64,000 bases of DNA, from positions 10,106,001 to 10,170,000 of the forward strand of contig NC_043007.1 of the NCBI RefSeq assembly GCF_006345805.1, read 5' to 3'. Below the pieces are notes generated by a model. It was not told the DNA's origin. It made no database searches and saw nothing but the letters and a program-made list of their open reading frames with translations. This document shows, piece after piece, positions 1 to 13,423 of this stretch. Numbering within the stretch: position 1 is the first letter of the stretch; each line of letters begins with the position of its first letter. The position numbers were made by a program, and so were the translations under genes. The DNA comes from Octopus sinensis. Its lineage: Eukaryota.

Positions 1-1736
1 AGTCAAACAGATCGACCCTAGTATTTATATTTTAAGTTTGCTACTTTTTCAGTCTGTCTCTTTTGGTAAACTGCTAAGATAGGGAACATAAACAAACCAA
101 CACTGGTTATCAAGCATTGTGTAAGTGTACTCTTGGAGTGGTGGGCATTAGGAAGGGCATCCACCGTAGAAACCATGCCATATCAGATTGGAACCTGGTA
201 CAGCTCTCCAGCTTATCAGTTTTAGTCAAACTGTTTAATCCATGCTAGCATGGAGAACAGACACTAAATGATGATGAGGATGATGATGATGATGGGCTTT
301 CACTCATTTTCATGTCTACAAAATTCACTCCCAAAGCACTAGTCAACCTGGGGCTATAGTAGAAGACACTTGTTTAAGGTGCCACGCTGTGGGACTGAAC
401 CCAAAACCATGTGGCTGCAAAGCAAGTTTTTTGACCATACGGCCATGCCTGCACCTTCTTATGAACATCATCATCATCTAACGTTTGTTTTCCATGCTGG
501 CATGGGTTGGACTCTTTCACAGAAGCTGCACCAGACTCTAATTGTCTGTTTTGGCATCGTATCTATGGCCTTAATGCCGGCCACTTTACAGAGCATACTG
601 GAAAAGGGGCTGGCATTAGAAACATAAAAAATATTTCTTTTACTTTTCCTATAAATATTAAATTTTACACTTTTTTCAAGAAATCGGCTTCTTTCTTATG
701 TTATTTGCTGCATGAGTGGAGCCTGTCCTGAAGGTAAATAACAGGACAGGTTTAGACTACTTAGTAACTGTTCTCATGTCTGCAATAGAATAACCACTTG
801 GTTCTTCTACTACATTTAATAATTGTTATCTGGAAAAACTTCGAATATCTGGTCTCTCATATGATATCCTCTCTCTCTGACTTATTTATCATCATCATTA
901 TTATTGTTTAACGTCTGCTTTCTATGCTGGCATGGGTTGGACGGTTTGACTGAAAACTGGTAAGCCAAGGGGCTGCATCAGGTTCCAGTCTGATTTGGCA
1001 AGATTTCTACGGCTGGGTGCCCTTCCTAATGCCAACCACTCTGAGAGTGTAGAGGGTGCTTTTTACATGCCATCGACATGGGTGCCATTGACCTGACACC
1101 AGCACTGGCTACGACTACGGTCTCACTTGGATTGACTAATCAACACAAGCACTGTATATCGCCAAGAGTTTTAATCACTTGTCACTGCCCCCATGACTGC
1201 ATTTCACTTCAGTACTAGGTCCTTTCCTTATCACTCATACTCATAGGAAGATGAATAGAATGGAGCAAAATGAAAGTGTTTTACTCAAGAGCACAACACA
1301 CTGCCCAGTCTGGCAATTGAAATCACAATTTTGTGATCATGAGTACAACACCCCAACCTCTAGGCCAAATACCGTCACTAAGTATAGTGATAGATTTAAT
1401 CAAGGTGCCATGCTGTGGAACTGAACCCAAAACCATGTGACTGAAAAGCAAGTTTTTTGACCATGCCTACACCTACTTCGGAGTGGTTGGCGTTAGGAAG
1501 GGCATCCCGCTGTAGAGAAACTCTGCTAGATCAAGATTGAAGCCTGGTGCAGCCATCAGGTTGGTCAGCCCTCAGTCAATCGTCCAACCCATGCTAGCAT
1601 GGAAAGCGGACGTTGGACGATGATGATGATGATGACTCCTCTCTTTCAAAATATGCAATTTTGTGCCTAAGTTAGACATTGTTAATTGTTCATTCGTTTG
1701 TTTGTTCATTCACGAGAGTTTCTTTTTCTTCTGCAG

Positions 1737-4700
1737 ATGAACGGAACTTCAAATGTGCATGGCCAGACTGTGGTAAGGCGTTTCGTCACTCAGATAACTT
1801 GAAAGTACACTACCTACAACATACCAATGAAAAGCCAGTCAAGTGTAATCTGTGTGATTTTACGTGTCGTCAAAAGAGTTCTCTTCATTGGCACAAGCGT
1901 AAACGGCATGCCAACGAAATTGCACCCGCATTAAAAGTGGAACCCAAGAAAGAAATTGTCAGCACCAGTTCTGCAGCGAGCGCAGTTGTTGCACAGGTTA
2001 CGACTACCACCGCTACTACTACAAGTTCAAATTGTAGCAGCACCACAACCGCTACTACTACTACTACTACTGCCGCCGCCACCAGCAACAATGTTCCTGT
2101 GAAATCAACGACAAAGATCTTAAATGATTTACAAACTAAAATCCAAGCTAGTTTTGATTTATATGAATTCCAATCAGATGATGATTCGACAACAGATGTC
2201 ATGGACATGTTTTACAAGCGAACAGATCGAGGCAGTACAAACGGTAAAGTTGCAGACACTTCTTCCAGTTTTAAGGCAGGTCCAGAAACTGCTTTAATAG
2301 AGGCTTCTACAACACTTTCTGAACCAGCAACAACTAAGATGATTACACAAGAGAAGTCATCGAATGTTGAGCTAGAAAGTAAAAAGCAAACTGATATAAA
2401 AAATACTGCTGTTCTTAGTGGTATCAGTTCTGTGTTATCAACTGTTAGTACTTCTAGCCCCCAACGTGTTGTGAAGAAAAGGCAATCAAAGAAAGCCAAA
2501 CCTGCTGACTTAGCTACTGTTTCTACCATAGGGAAACAGGAAAAGAGGCTCCCAGAAATGTCTGAGCTGTCTCCATCTGTTATGAGTGTAATCCAGGTGC
2601 CAGTCATCAAGACGGAACCAGCAATCACGGAAGGGAAATCTGATAAAGAAGAAGAAAAAGAGGAAGGAAAGGAGGAGGAAGAGGAGGAGGAGGAGGAGGA
2701 TGTAATGGCTCAGGTTAGTTATGAAAGTACGATAGAAAGCAAAACTGGTGCTGTTGAGAGTGAAGAACACTGCTTGGTTAGTTGCCAAGAAAAAGACATT
2801 CAGGAATGTGTTAGTGAGCAGGCTCAGGCGAACGACAGCCAAACAGTTGTCAGTGTTGAACACCACAGTACAGCACCTGTTATGTTACCTCCATTGATAT
2901 CATTACCACCTATCACCTCATTAGACGTCTCCTTGTCTACATCCACACCAATCACATCCACGCCGTCATATCACCATTCATCTGTAACAACACCTTCATC
3001 ATCACCATCTCCATTGCCACCACCGCCATCGTCACAACTGCAACCTGAGCCTTCTCTCCCTGAGCAAGATGCTCAACTTTCAGAATCTTTTGCTGACAAT
3101 GAAACCGCTTCGGTGAAAGACACAATAGAATCTATAAACAACACGGCAGTGACTAACGACTGCAGTGCTATTGACTCTATGCTGAGACCATCACCTTTCA
3201 CTAGTACGTCGACACCACTGTCCGTATCCGTTCACGACATGGACAATCTGGAAAACGGAAATCCTGATTACTCTTCTTCCCCATCTCCTTCATCATCAGC
3301 ATCCTCATCATCGTCTTCATCATCAGTAATGTCATCATCTGCATCATCATTTTCAGATTCAGAACCTGAAGACAATGAAGAAATGAAAGAAACAGAAGGG
3401 GAGTCGAAATTAATCGAACAACATTATCATTTATCTCCGGCTCAGCAACCATTATTAGAAACGTTATCGTCATCGTCATCATCAACATCACCATCAGAAC
3501 AACAAGCCTCAAGTCATCCAAACGAACCTCTATATATGCAGCCAGAACAAAATAACTGCCGTTCTAATGAACCTGGCCAATTGGAAATGGATTTGACCAC
3601 CACTCTACCTCAAGAGTCTGACAGTGAATCAGAGCATTCGTCTTCAGATGGAAAAGACGATGAAGAAGAGGATGAAGAGGAGGATGAAGATGTGGATGAT
3701 AATGATGATGAAGAGAGAATAAATGGAAATAATTGTAAAGATGACATCAAACAGAAAGAGATGCTTGACATTAGAGAATGTAGCATTTTACACTCTTTAC
3801 AGCCTTGCAGCGTCTCCTTGGACAATTTAATGATGGATCCTAAAGTACAGGCCATCACTCTGACTAAAGATAATCTTTTAAGACCTGTACCTGAACGTAA
3901 AAATGGAATTGTGCAATCGTATCATGTTCATAATTTTTCTTCTCAGTCAGGCTCCAATGAGGTTACGATGGATTACAGAAATAGCCCTAAACAAGATATG
4001 AGGAACGTTTTAGATTCTGACAATTCAGTACTGGACAATAACTGCAACACGCCAACAGAACTGGATGATCATTTAAATAACAATCAAAACTTAACTCAAA
4101 CTTCTGATCATCTGGCGGTTCCGAGTTGTTCAGAACCAAACCAGATGCTGCCCGAACCACAAGAACATCAATATCTTCAAGAAAGAAAAGTTTATGACAG
4201 TTACCAGTTCCAGCCTCCCGAAATTATTATGCCCCACACTCCTTCTGCTCCCATAGGGTTAATGCATAATTTTAAGCCGCAAGAAAGAATGAAACAGCTG
4301 CAAGAGGATTATCTGAAGAGGAATCAAAGACGGTATGAAATGATGCAGGAACAACACCAGATGAACTTTGTTCACGATCCTCAACAAAACTACAGAGAAA
4401 ATAATAATCTTCCGTATAATCACCACCAGTCGGATCATATGTTTGGAGAATCGAAACTTATCTGCCAGAATCAGTCGAATGAACATAAAATGGTTAACGA
4501 GCAAGAACTGTTACAACAACAACAGCAGCAACAGCAGCAGCAAGATACAAAATTAACTCATGATTTACGTATTAATGAAGAATGTAGCGAGGAGGAACAA
4601 ATGGAAGATAATATGGTTCATGAGCATCAGAGACGGGGGGAGATGGTGTGTGATCAAAAATTAAGTTTTGATAATCAAAGAACAGAAGAGGTAAACAACT

Positions 4701-7700
4701 GTCAAAGACAAGATAATATTGCTCATGAACAAGATCTGGCTTATGAGCAACAAAGAGATGATGTTATTTGTGAGCAGCAGCAGCAGCAGCAGCAGCAACA
4801 TCAGCAGCAGCAGCAACATCAGCAGCAGCAACATCAGCAGCAAGAGGATCATCGTGTACATAATGAAGAGTTCATTTTAGAACAGCATGATCAGGAATTG
4901 TCTCATGAACACCAGCAACAAGATGATTTGACTCATAAACCAGAACTGGTACTAGAACATCAGAGATCTGAAGATTTGGCTCAAGAACACCTTCGGCAAA
5001 AGGAATTGGCTCATGAACAAGAGTTAGAATTAGAGAATCAGAGGCAAGAGGCTGCAAATAGAGACCACAAGTTGTCTTTGGCACATTCTAGAACTGACGA
5101 ATTTTCTTGTGATCAAGAGATTGCTTTGGAACACCAAAGGCAAGATAAATTGTCTCATGAACATTTACAAAGGGATGATTTAATTTGTCAGCAAGATTTA
5201 ACTCTTGAACAGCAAGTACAACAAGAAAAATTCGTGCAAGTAGAAGAAACGATCAGGGAACAAGATCTTGCTAAGAGGACCCAAGATTTTCAAACCAGAT
5301 GTGAAACTCTTCAGCAAGATGTTGTACATGAGAGTCATACGGCAGAAATTGCTAGGGACAGGCCACTCCATACTGATTCGATAATTCACCGACACACCAA
5401 TATTACTAGTGACTCTTGCTCGAGTGAAGTAGTGTCAGACAATCCACATATGACAAACGTAACGTGTCCAAGGGATGCACACTCTCAAGAACTACATGAA
5501 ATAGACCATGGCCACGAGTTGCACGACATGTTGCACGAACCACATGGAATGCTACATGAACGAGGGCACAAAATGGTCCATGTCCGTCAACGAGAGATGG
5601 TCCGTGTTCGAGAAATGGTTCGTGTGCGTGAGTACGAGATGGTACGTGAACGAGATCATGAAATAGTGCGTAAGCACGACCTTGAACCAGATGTAACCAG
5701 TGAATTAGTTGCCAAACATGATCCCTCACAAGATATTAAGTTGTCTCACGAACACAAACTTGTTCCACCTGAACATTCAAGTGACCATCCATCTCTATCT
5801 CTGGATCATCACAGTGATCTTACCCAGCCAAATACGCCGATTTCTGCTCAAGTATCTGAGCAAGGAATTCTTCATCGTTCAGAATCTAATGCTAACTTAA
5901 GATTGTCATCACCTCATGTTCCTGGTGCTCAAGACATTTCTCTTGATGAAACTAACAGATCAGGAGAGGCAGATAAACTAAAGTCTTCACATTCAGATCA
6001 CAATAATATTTTGAACAGCACAGCACGCCATCATCCTTTTGAGCATGAATCTTCTGTTACAAGATATGAATCTGAAATGGCACATTTAGGCTTTAATCCC
6101 ATTCAAACTAGACGACATATGGAGGCAAGCATGTCTATGGAGCGCAGTGAGCCCTCTGTTCTTCAATCTGTCCATCATAGAAAGGATAGTATGAGCTTGA
6201 CAACTCCAGATATGTCCAGTTTGCGATCCACAAACATGCTCTCTGATAAATCCCTTCCTTCATCCCATCTACCTATTCATCAACTAGGGTTTGTTCCTCC
6301 ACATCCAAGTACTCCAGTTGATGAGAGAGACTACCTGGGACAATACCTACAAGATTTTGATAAAGACACAACTGAAACCGCTGCTCGTGAACCTGTAGTA
6401 CGATCTGAAGTTGTCCCACCAATTACTCCTAGCTTCACGGAACCTACAGCAAACTTGGACAATCGAGCTATGATCAGTATTTCCAATGATGCACTTAGGC
6501 CCTGCTTTTCTGATATGGCATTTAAGCGTTTGGATTTGAGCCATCCACCAGAACGGACTAGCTTAGATAGTTTTCATCAGCAGGAAACAGCTCTACAGAG
6601 GTTATCGAATTTTGCCTCTGAAGGTTTGTCACCAGTAGACAAATCATATGAAACATCAAGGCCTAGTAGTTTCATGCGTCAGAATGATGCGTTTTTGTCT
6701 TGTCCAGCCCCAACAAGCAGTTTTGTACGCTTCTCGGAGAGTGAAGCATCATTACAGAGACAAAGGACTTCATCTTTATTTCAGCATGCCAGCACACGCC
6801 ATCATAAGCTACCTGACACTCCTTTACCTCGCCCCAGCAATCCCACCCTTTTACGAGGACACTCTGGAATTACTGGAGAAGACTTTTTATCGCATGCTGG
6901 GGCTGTTGCTCAGAGTGTTCCCAGAAGTCCTTTCCACAATTCTTGGTCAGGACAAGAGCTTCAGTCACACTGGAATCAGCCTACTTACATTCAGCCTCCG
7001 GTAGACCGACAACCAAATACTGGTACTTCAAGTCTGCTGGGAAAAGATTCCTACCTTGCCAGCCGTGATTTAATGTTCGATTCGTCTTGTCGAGGCATGG
7101 CGGATCGACGCATGTTTACAGGATTGTCGTCACCACAGCCTCAGCGGGATCTCACTTGTGATGCCTTCCCTATAGAACGTTTTGATTTGGGAAGCTACTT
7201 TAATAGTCACGCTTACTCAGGTGCTTCTCCTTTAGAGTATGCTCGATCAAACTGTGGCAGCACACAAAAGAACTACGACGATCGATACCGCCAACCAGTC
7301 ACGATGGCAGATCTCAGGGCTTTGCCGCAGTCAAATTCTTCTGATATGTTTGGCAACATGAATGTTAATTCTTCGTTCAGTTTAGAAAAGTACATGTACT
7401 CACACGAAACAGTGTATCATTCACAGCACTTACCTGAAAATACCAACAGTGCATTTCTCAGCCACAGTAACCCCACACACCAGCCTGGGTATTTCAATCG
7501 AGACTATTCCCGACGAGCTCTCTATTCCCAGGCACCGCCCTATGCACTTATGGATGACAGGCAGTACTCAGCTGCAGGTAAACTTACCCAGCACCCAGCC
7601 CCAATGTCTTCACAAGAAAGAGATTATATCCCACGTTTAGGGAACTCTGAAGAATCTTACAGATACAATGTCCTTTATAATGTCATGAATCGGTATTTCG

Positions 7701-7705
7701 AATGA
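1737..7705 (+). CDS. Giant terminal coding exon of a C2H2 zinc-finger protein (ZFP91/ZNF653/ZNF692/ZNF276-like fingers, then a ~1930 aa low-complexity tail); upstream exons not identified in the window
   Basis: Pyrimidine tract plus CTGCAG acceptor ending at 1736; uninterrupted frame to TGA at 7703-7705. Two C2H2 fingers joined by an HTNEKP linker (CAWPDC..HYLQH; CNLCDFTCRQKSSLHWHKRKRH). The second resembles the CGFTCRQKASLNWH finger of the ZFP91 family (from memory). Poly-T/E/S/Q tracts follow. Confidence 0.88.
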
Positions 7706-8589
7706 GAGTGAGAGAGAGAGAGAGAGATTTAACAAATATAAAATAATGTATGTAAAGAAGTAACAGTTGTGTGAATGAGAGATATGTATGATAAAAAAAA
7801 AAAGAAACCATCATGTTTTTTGTTGTTTTTTTTAAAAATGAAAGTATATCAGAAAGAAAGAAAAAAAAAAAGAATACCTCATTATGTTATCATCTTTAAT
7901 CCTAATCCTCTCTTTAATCCTGTTTCTTATCTCTTCCATGCCATCCATCAATCAAACATTCTTGTTCTGTAGAATATTTACATATTGCACATACAACTTA
8001 GTTTTGAAGCATTTTGAGCATTTAAAAAACAAAGAAAGAAAGAAAGAAGAAAAAAAAACCTATGTATTCTTAAAAGAAAAGAAAAGAAATTTTTTTAAAC
8101 AGACTCCCTAAAAACCAAATGAATTGGTGGGCGGGTGGGGGATAAACTCAAAAGTCTGTAAAGTATTAATTTATGTACATTCTCTTTAGTTCCACAATGT
8201 TGTATGGTTCCCCATCCTTTGATCCTTTGATCCTTTTTTTTTTTATTAATGTTTTACAACAACATGGTATCACTAAAGGAAACGATAAAAACAAGCCAGA
8301 GGGTGTCTTTTGTTGTCGTTTTTAGCTTCATTCTCTCCCCTTCCAAACTTCCAAAATGACATCTTTTTATTCCCACTTTATCACAAAATTCACTTAAAAT
8401 TGCTGCTGTTCATAACTATTGCTACTTAGAAACAACAACTGAACAACCAAAACAAAACAAAAAATGTGTTTTTTTTTTGTTTTTTTTCTTTTGTCATCTG
8501 GCTTGAATTTAATATTGAAATGATGTTGAAGTTTGAATGGGGTGGGGGGGAAAGGCAGTGGGCAGACATGCTGTAGAGTTGTGAATATG

Positions 8590-8623
8590 AGTGCGTATGT
8601 GTGTGTGTGTTGTGTGTGTGTGT

Positions 8624-8657
<34 letters not shown>
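8590..8657. repeat. Compound (TG)n(AG)n microsatellite, representative of many (TA)n, (CA)n, (AG)n and (CAT)n tracts in the window
   Basis: Direct reading. Confidence 0.95.
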
Positions 8658-8661
<4 letters not shown>

Positions 8662-8771
8662 GGTGGAGAGGTAGAGAGAAAGCGTAAAGGGTGAGAACAG
8701 TTTGTTGGAATAAGAGAGATGGACAAATGATAATAGAAAGCATGAAAATTAAAGAGGAAGAGACATGGCAG

Positions 8772-8805
<34 letters not shown>

Positions 8806-8850
8806 TAATGGAAGGAAATGTGTGAGAGAGTATATATATATATATATATA

Positions 8851-8994
8851 CTTTATTTAAAACAGCAGAAAATTCAACAAAACCTGTTACTCTGAGTTTT
8901 CCGTTGCCGTTCGTCGGACAGTTTTTGCAGACGAACGGCAACCGGAAACTCAGAGTAACAGGTTTTGTTGAATTTTCTGCTGCTTTAAATAAAG
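8851..8994. repeat. Near-perfect inverted repeat: 65-bp arms, 14-nt loop
   Basis: 8851-8915 (ctttatttaaaacagcag...gccgttcgtc) is the reverse complement of 8930-8994 apart from one mismatch and one small slip. Confidence 0.95.
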
Positions 8995-9066
8995 CATATT
9001 ACTCTACCACTGGTATTTGGGTACTCTTTTTTTCCACCTTGTTTCACATTTATGTGTTTACTCCGG

Positions 9067-9103
<37 letters not shown>

Positions 9104-9508
9104 AAATCTGAATAAATGTGTGTGTGAAAGGTAAAAGAGAAAGAAATTATGTAGAAAGTAAAAGAAAATGATAGTGAGTGTTTGTGTGTGTGTGTGTGTG
9201 TGTGTGTGGTGAGAAAGATAAAAAGGATCTATGTTAATCAAACGTTGAGTATGTTTATGTACGAAAATGAAAAGAGCGAAAGCACATCCATGTATATATA
9301 TATATTATATGTTGTAAGAAAGTGAAACTAAAGAGAGAGAGAGAGCATGTGTGTGTGTGTGTGTGTGTTCATGAGAGAAAGTAACGGTTACTGCTCTGTA
9401 TGGTTTATTACACAACAAATGTTAGTATGAAGCTAGTTAAATTAGAAATAAATAAAATTGATTAATGATTAGTTCAGTTTTTAATGTGTTTTCTATTTCA
9501 GTTATATA

Positions 9509-9905
9509 TCTTTATATATAAAAGAGAGGTTGTGTGCTGTCTGTCTCCTACGATTTAGATTCCTAACTACTCCCACATTTTGCGGTGCAGTTTAACCAAA
9601 ACCGGGTATCTTATAGTCGTGATTCATATCGAGCCCTTCTGGGTATTAGCGTGCGTCTACGATGAGTCTACGATTTAAAAAAAAAATTACCATCAATTTT
9701 TCCCATTTTTTTATGCATTTTTGTCATATATAAGGGAAGTAACTCTCTAAAAATTTATTATCAAATCTCAGAACGTAAAAAGCTACAGTAACACCCTCCC
9801 TTTGTGGTTAGCCATATTGAGATGGCTATTATACTTTACATCTCTAAAAATGCTTATATAGTTATTTCCCTTACAAACCCGAGCAACGCCGGGCGATACT
9901 GCTAG
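9509..9905 (+). mobile_element. Non-autonomous Helitron (~400 bp)
   Basis: 5'-TC start, subterminal hairpin cccgagcaacgccggg, 3'-CTAG end, inserted between A and T with no TSD. Confidence 0.88.
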
Positions 9906-10055
9906 TCTTTCTATATAGTTAAACCCAGCCCTGTGTGTGTATCAGAATTCAACATATTAACATCTCATGTCAGGCAAACACTTATATAAACACAATGCTT
10001 TTCTTACATGTTCTTAAAAACACACACACACACACACAACTCTCCCAGCCCTACT

Positions 10056-10370
10056 TCATCATCATCGTTTAACGTCCGTTTTCCGCGCTAGCACGGGTTG
10101 GACGGTTCAACCGGGGTCTAGGAAGCCAGGGGCTGCACCAGGCTCCAGTCTGATCTGGCAGTGTTTCTACAGCTGGATGCCCTTCCTAACGCCAACCACT
10201 CCGCGAGTGTAGTGGGTGCTTTTTACGTGCCACCTGCACAGGTGCCAGGGGAGTCTGGCATCGGCCACGATCAGTTGGTGCTTTTAACGTGCCACTGGCA
10301 CGGAAGCCAGCCAAGGCGGCGCTGGCATCGGCCACGTTCGGATGGTGCTTTTTATGTGCCACCGGCACAT
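10056..10370 (-). mobile_element. Retroposon family B with (GAT)n tail; other minus copies at ~890-1170, 42358-42850, 44162-44745, 52640-52947, 53200-53530 and 58697-59030
   Basis: (CAT)n-cgtttaacgtccg-ttccatgctagcatgggttggacgg...ggatgcccttcctaacgccaaccact, plus internal tandem subrepeats containing ggtgctttttacgtgccaccggcac. Confidence 0.8.
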
Positions 10371-11002
10371 ATTCTTATGCATATATCTAATACATGCACA
10401 GAAGGCATACACTCTGATTTACACACACACACACACACACACTTGTATATATATTTCTTTATTGCCCACAAGGGGCTAAACATAGAGGGGACAAACAAGG
10501 ACAGACAAAGGGATTAAGTCAATTACATCGACCCCTGTGCGAAACTGGTACTTTATTTATCGACCCCGAAAGGATGAAAGGCAAAGTTGACCTCGGCGGA
10601 ATTTGAACTCGGAACGTAACGACAGACAAAATACCGCTAAGCATTTCGCCTGGCGCATAAACGTGTCTGCCAGCTCGCCGCCTTATCACACACACTTGTA
10701 TATACATACAACATCTATACAATGCCTTTATCCTTGTTTATCACTGATTCATTCATCACTGATTCAGTATAATATGGTGTGCTATTTGTGAACTTTGTTA
10801 ATTGTTATCACAAATTGATCTGAGATGAGATGGGTCAGTGATCAGTCAAAGATTCTGCATGCATTGTAAAGGCATGCTCCAGTGACCATCCACAATGTTC
10901 AGGACAACTTAGGGGGTCACAGAACAAATGTGACTGTCCTTATGTGTTTTATTGTTCATTTATCATAGTCATTTAACATGATGGGTTTTTTTTTTTAACC
11001 AA

Positions 11003-11415
11003 ACACAGGAGTGGCTGTGTGGTAAGCAGCATGCTTACCAACCACATGGTTCCGGGTTCAGTCCCACCGCATGGCACCTTGGGCAAATGTCTTCTACTAA
11101 CTATAGCCTCTGGCCGATCAAAGCCTTGTGAGTGGATTTGGTAGGCAGAAACTGAAAGAAGCCTGTCGTATATATGTATACGTATATATATGTATGTGTG
11201 TGTATATATTTGTGTGTCTGTGTTTGTCCCCCCCAACATCGCTTGTCAACCGATGGTGGGGTGTTTACATCCTCGTAACTTAGCGGTTCGGCAAAAGAGA
11301 CCAATAGAATAAGTACTAGACTTACAAAGAATAAGTCCCGGGGTCGATTTGCTCGACTAAAAGGCGGTGCTCCAGCATGGCCACAGTCAAATAACTGAAG
11401 CTAGTAAAAGAGTAA
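11003..11415 (+). mobile_element. tRNA-headed SINE family A
   Basis: Head caggagtggctgtgtggtaag...ccgggttcagtccca, internal (TA)n/(TG)n, tail tgactgaaacaagtaaaagag. Confidence 0.85.
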
Positions 11416-11567
11416 ACACCCATGATAAACAAGGATAGATGTATACATATTGCACAGGCACTCTGTCACTTATGACAATGAGCGTTCCAGTTGATTTGAT
11501 CAAAGGAGCGACCTACTCATAAAATTAGTGTGCAAGTGGCTGAACACTACAGCCACACAACACTTAA

Positions 11568-11788
11568 CCCTTTAGTGTTCACATTATTCTGCCAAAATTA
11601 ATGCTTCTTCATCCACATTGTTTTGAACTAATCATGCATTACTTTGTAGCTATGAGATTTTGATGAGGTAGCTGTTAATTTTTCAAACGATATTGTAGGG
11701 TTGGTGTGAGAGACCAGATCTGGCCAGTTTGACCATAAAACAGGCAGAATACTTTGGGCTGGATATGGCTGGCTTATATGCTAAAGGG
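11568..11788. mobile_element. piggyBac-like MITE (degenerate)
   Basis: TTAA|ccctttag ... ctaaaggg|ctaa termini. A related fragment lies at about 32725-32900. Confidence 0.6.
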
Positions 11789-13100
11789 CTAAAGTAGTTC
11801 TCAGGGAGATTCGGTGTGAAACACAATGTTAAAAGGCTGGCCTTTTGAAATGTAGGCACAGCTCATTTCTGTCAGCTGAGAGAACCGGAATAATGTGAAA
11901 TAAAGTGCCTTGCTTGAGGACATAGAATTTGAACTCACAACTTTATGATCATATAAGCCAAATACCCAAACCACTTAGACATGTGCATTCACCATTACAT
12001 AAGAGATATACAATCCTGCACACATGCATATAATCAAAGAAAGGCAGCGAGCCGGCAGAATCGTCAGCACACCGGAAGAAATGTGTAGCCGTATTTCGTC
12101 TGCCGTTACGTTCTGGGTTCAAATTCTGCCATGGTCGACTTTGCCTTTCATCCTTTCGAGGTTGATAAATTAAGTACCAGTTATGCACTGGGGTCGATAT
12201 AGTCGACTTAATCCGTTTGTCTGTCCTTGTTTGTCCCCTCTGTGTTTAGCCCCTTGTGGGTAGTAAAGAAATATATAATCAAAGAAAGCTGGTGTAAAAT
12301 GATGATGATAACACTATACATAATATTAATAGTCTTAACCACAGAGTACATATCTAGTACACACACACAATGCATACCTCAGTTTAGTTGCTCAGTATAC
12401 TAGAAATAGCAACCAAATCATTCTTAAATCATACACTGTAATCTTTAAAAGTAGAGATACATTGGATGATGTAGTCATGATTATGCAAAAAGGCAGAATG
12501 GTCATGATCATGGGTCTCCTTGACGAAAACCGACCTGGAGCTAACCAACCTATATTGTTACACCTGCAGTACATAGAATACATACATCCAGTGAGTCATT
12601 GTTTATCAAAATGTCTTGGTGTATGAGATACAGAGCTCCATAATTAAGTTGATATGAAGAGGTCAAAACAGTGTCTTTTATTTTTTGTGATTAATGCCAT
12701 CAAGAAGCAACAGCCTGGTGGATAAGGCATTGCTTACTTTTTGAATGAAGAGTTTTGAGTTCATACCTCATTACTGGAATTCTTTTACTTGACAGAAAGC
12801 AAATCAAGGTAAGGAACAGTGATTGAGTTAAATAACTGGGAACAGATGAAGAATTTAGGATTCTCTTCAGACTTGAGAACAAAATGAAATGTTACCTGTT
12901 TATTCTGAATTTTTGTTTTCATATTGCAGAAATTATTTTCAGGTATGAGACATTTTGGTGCTGTCTCTTTGGTTTTGTTGATACAATATTGATCAGATGT
13001 TTCTCTCGTAGTCTCTCCCCACCTGTCTCTGATCGTGTGAGGCTATTTCTCCTTGTGTGAGAAGAGGGGAAACTGTTTATGTCAATTATGTTTAATTAAC

Positions 13101-13423
13101 TACCATAAATCCTCGAGTATAATCCGCATTTTCTCCCCAAAATTTAAAGATCAAAATCCCTAATGTGTACTATATATGAGGTTAAAAATAAAAAATATGT
13201 TCTAAGCAATGTCCCATATAACAGTTAAGAACATCACCATTATTGTATTACTCGTGCGTGGAAGTGTTTCTTTGACTAGGTGCTGCTGGCTTAATTATGC
13301 ACGACTCAAGTTAGGGAAGGGGTGCATATTATACACAAGGTTTAGGTTTTTCAGAAGTACAGCCCCCTAAAAATCCCCTGCGTATTATACTCAAGGGCGG
13401 ACTATACTCGAAGATTTACGGTA
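13101..13423. mobile_element. Tc1/pogo-type MITE
   Basis: TA-flanked TIRs taccataaatcctcgagtataatccgc / gcggactatactcgaagatttacggta. Confidence 0.78.

Noticed and set aside
1885-7640. Many antisense and alternate-frame ORFs inside the giant exon
   Set aside because: Shadows of a low-complexity coding sequence with no independent protein features.
11003-11080. SINE heads resembling tRNA genes (families A, C, D)
   Set aside because: A/B boxes are present, but there is no complete cloverleaf or terminator and each continues into a repeat body. No true tRNA gene is called.
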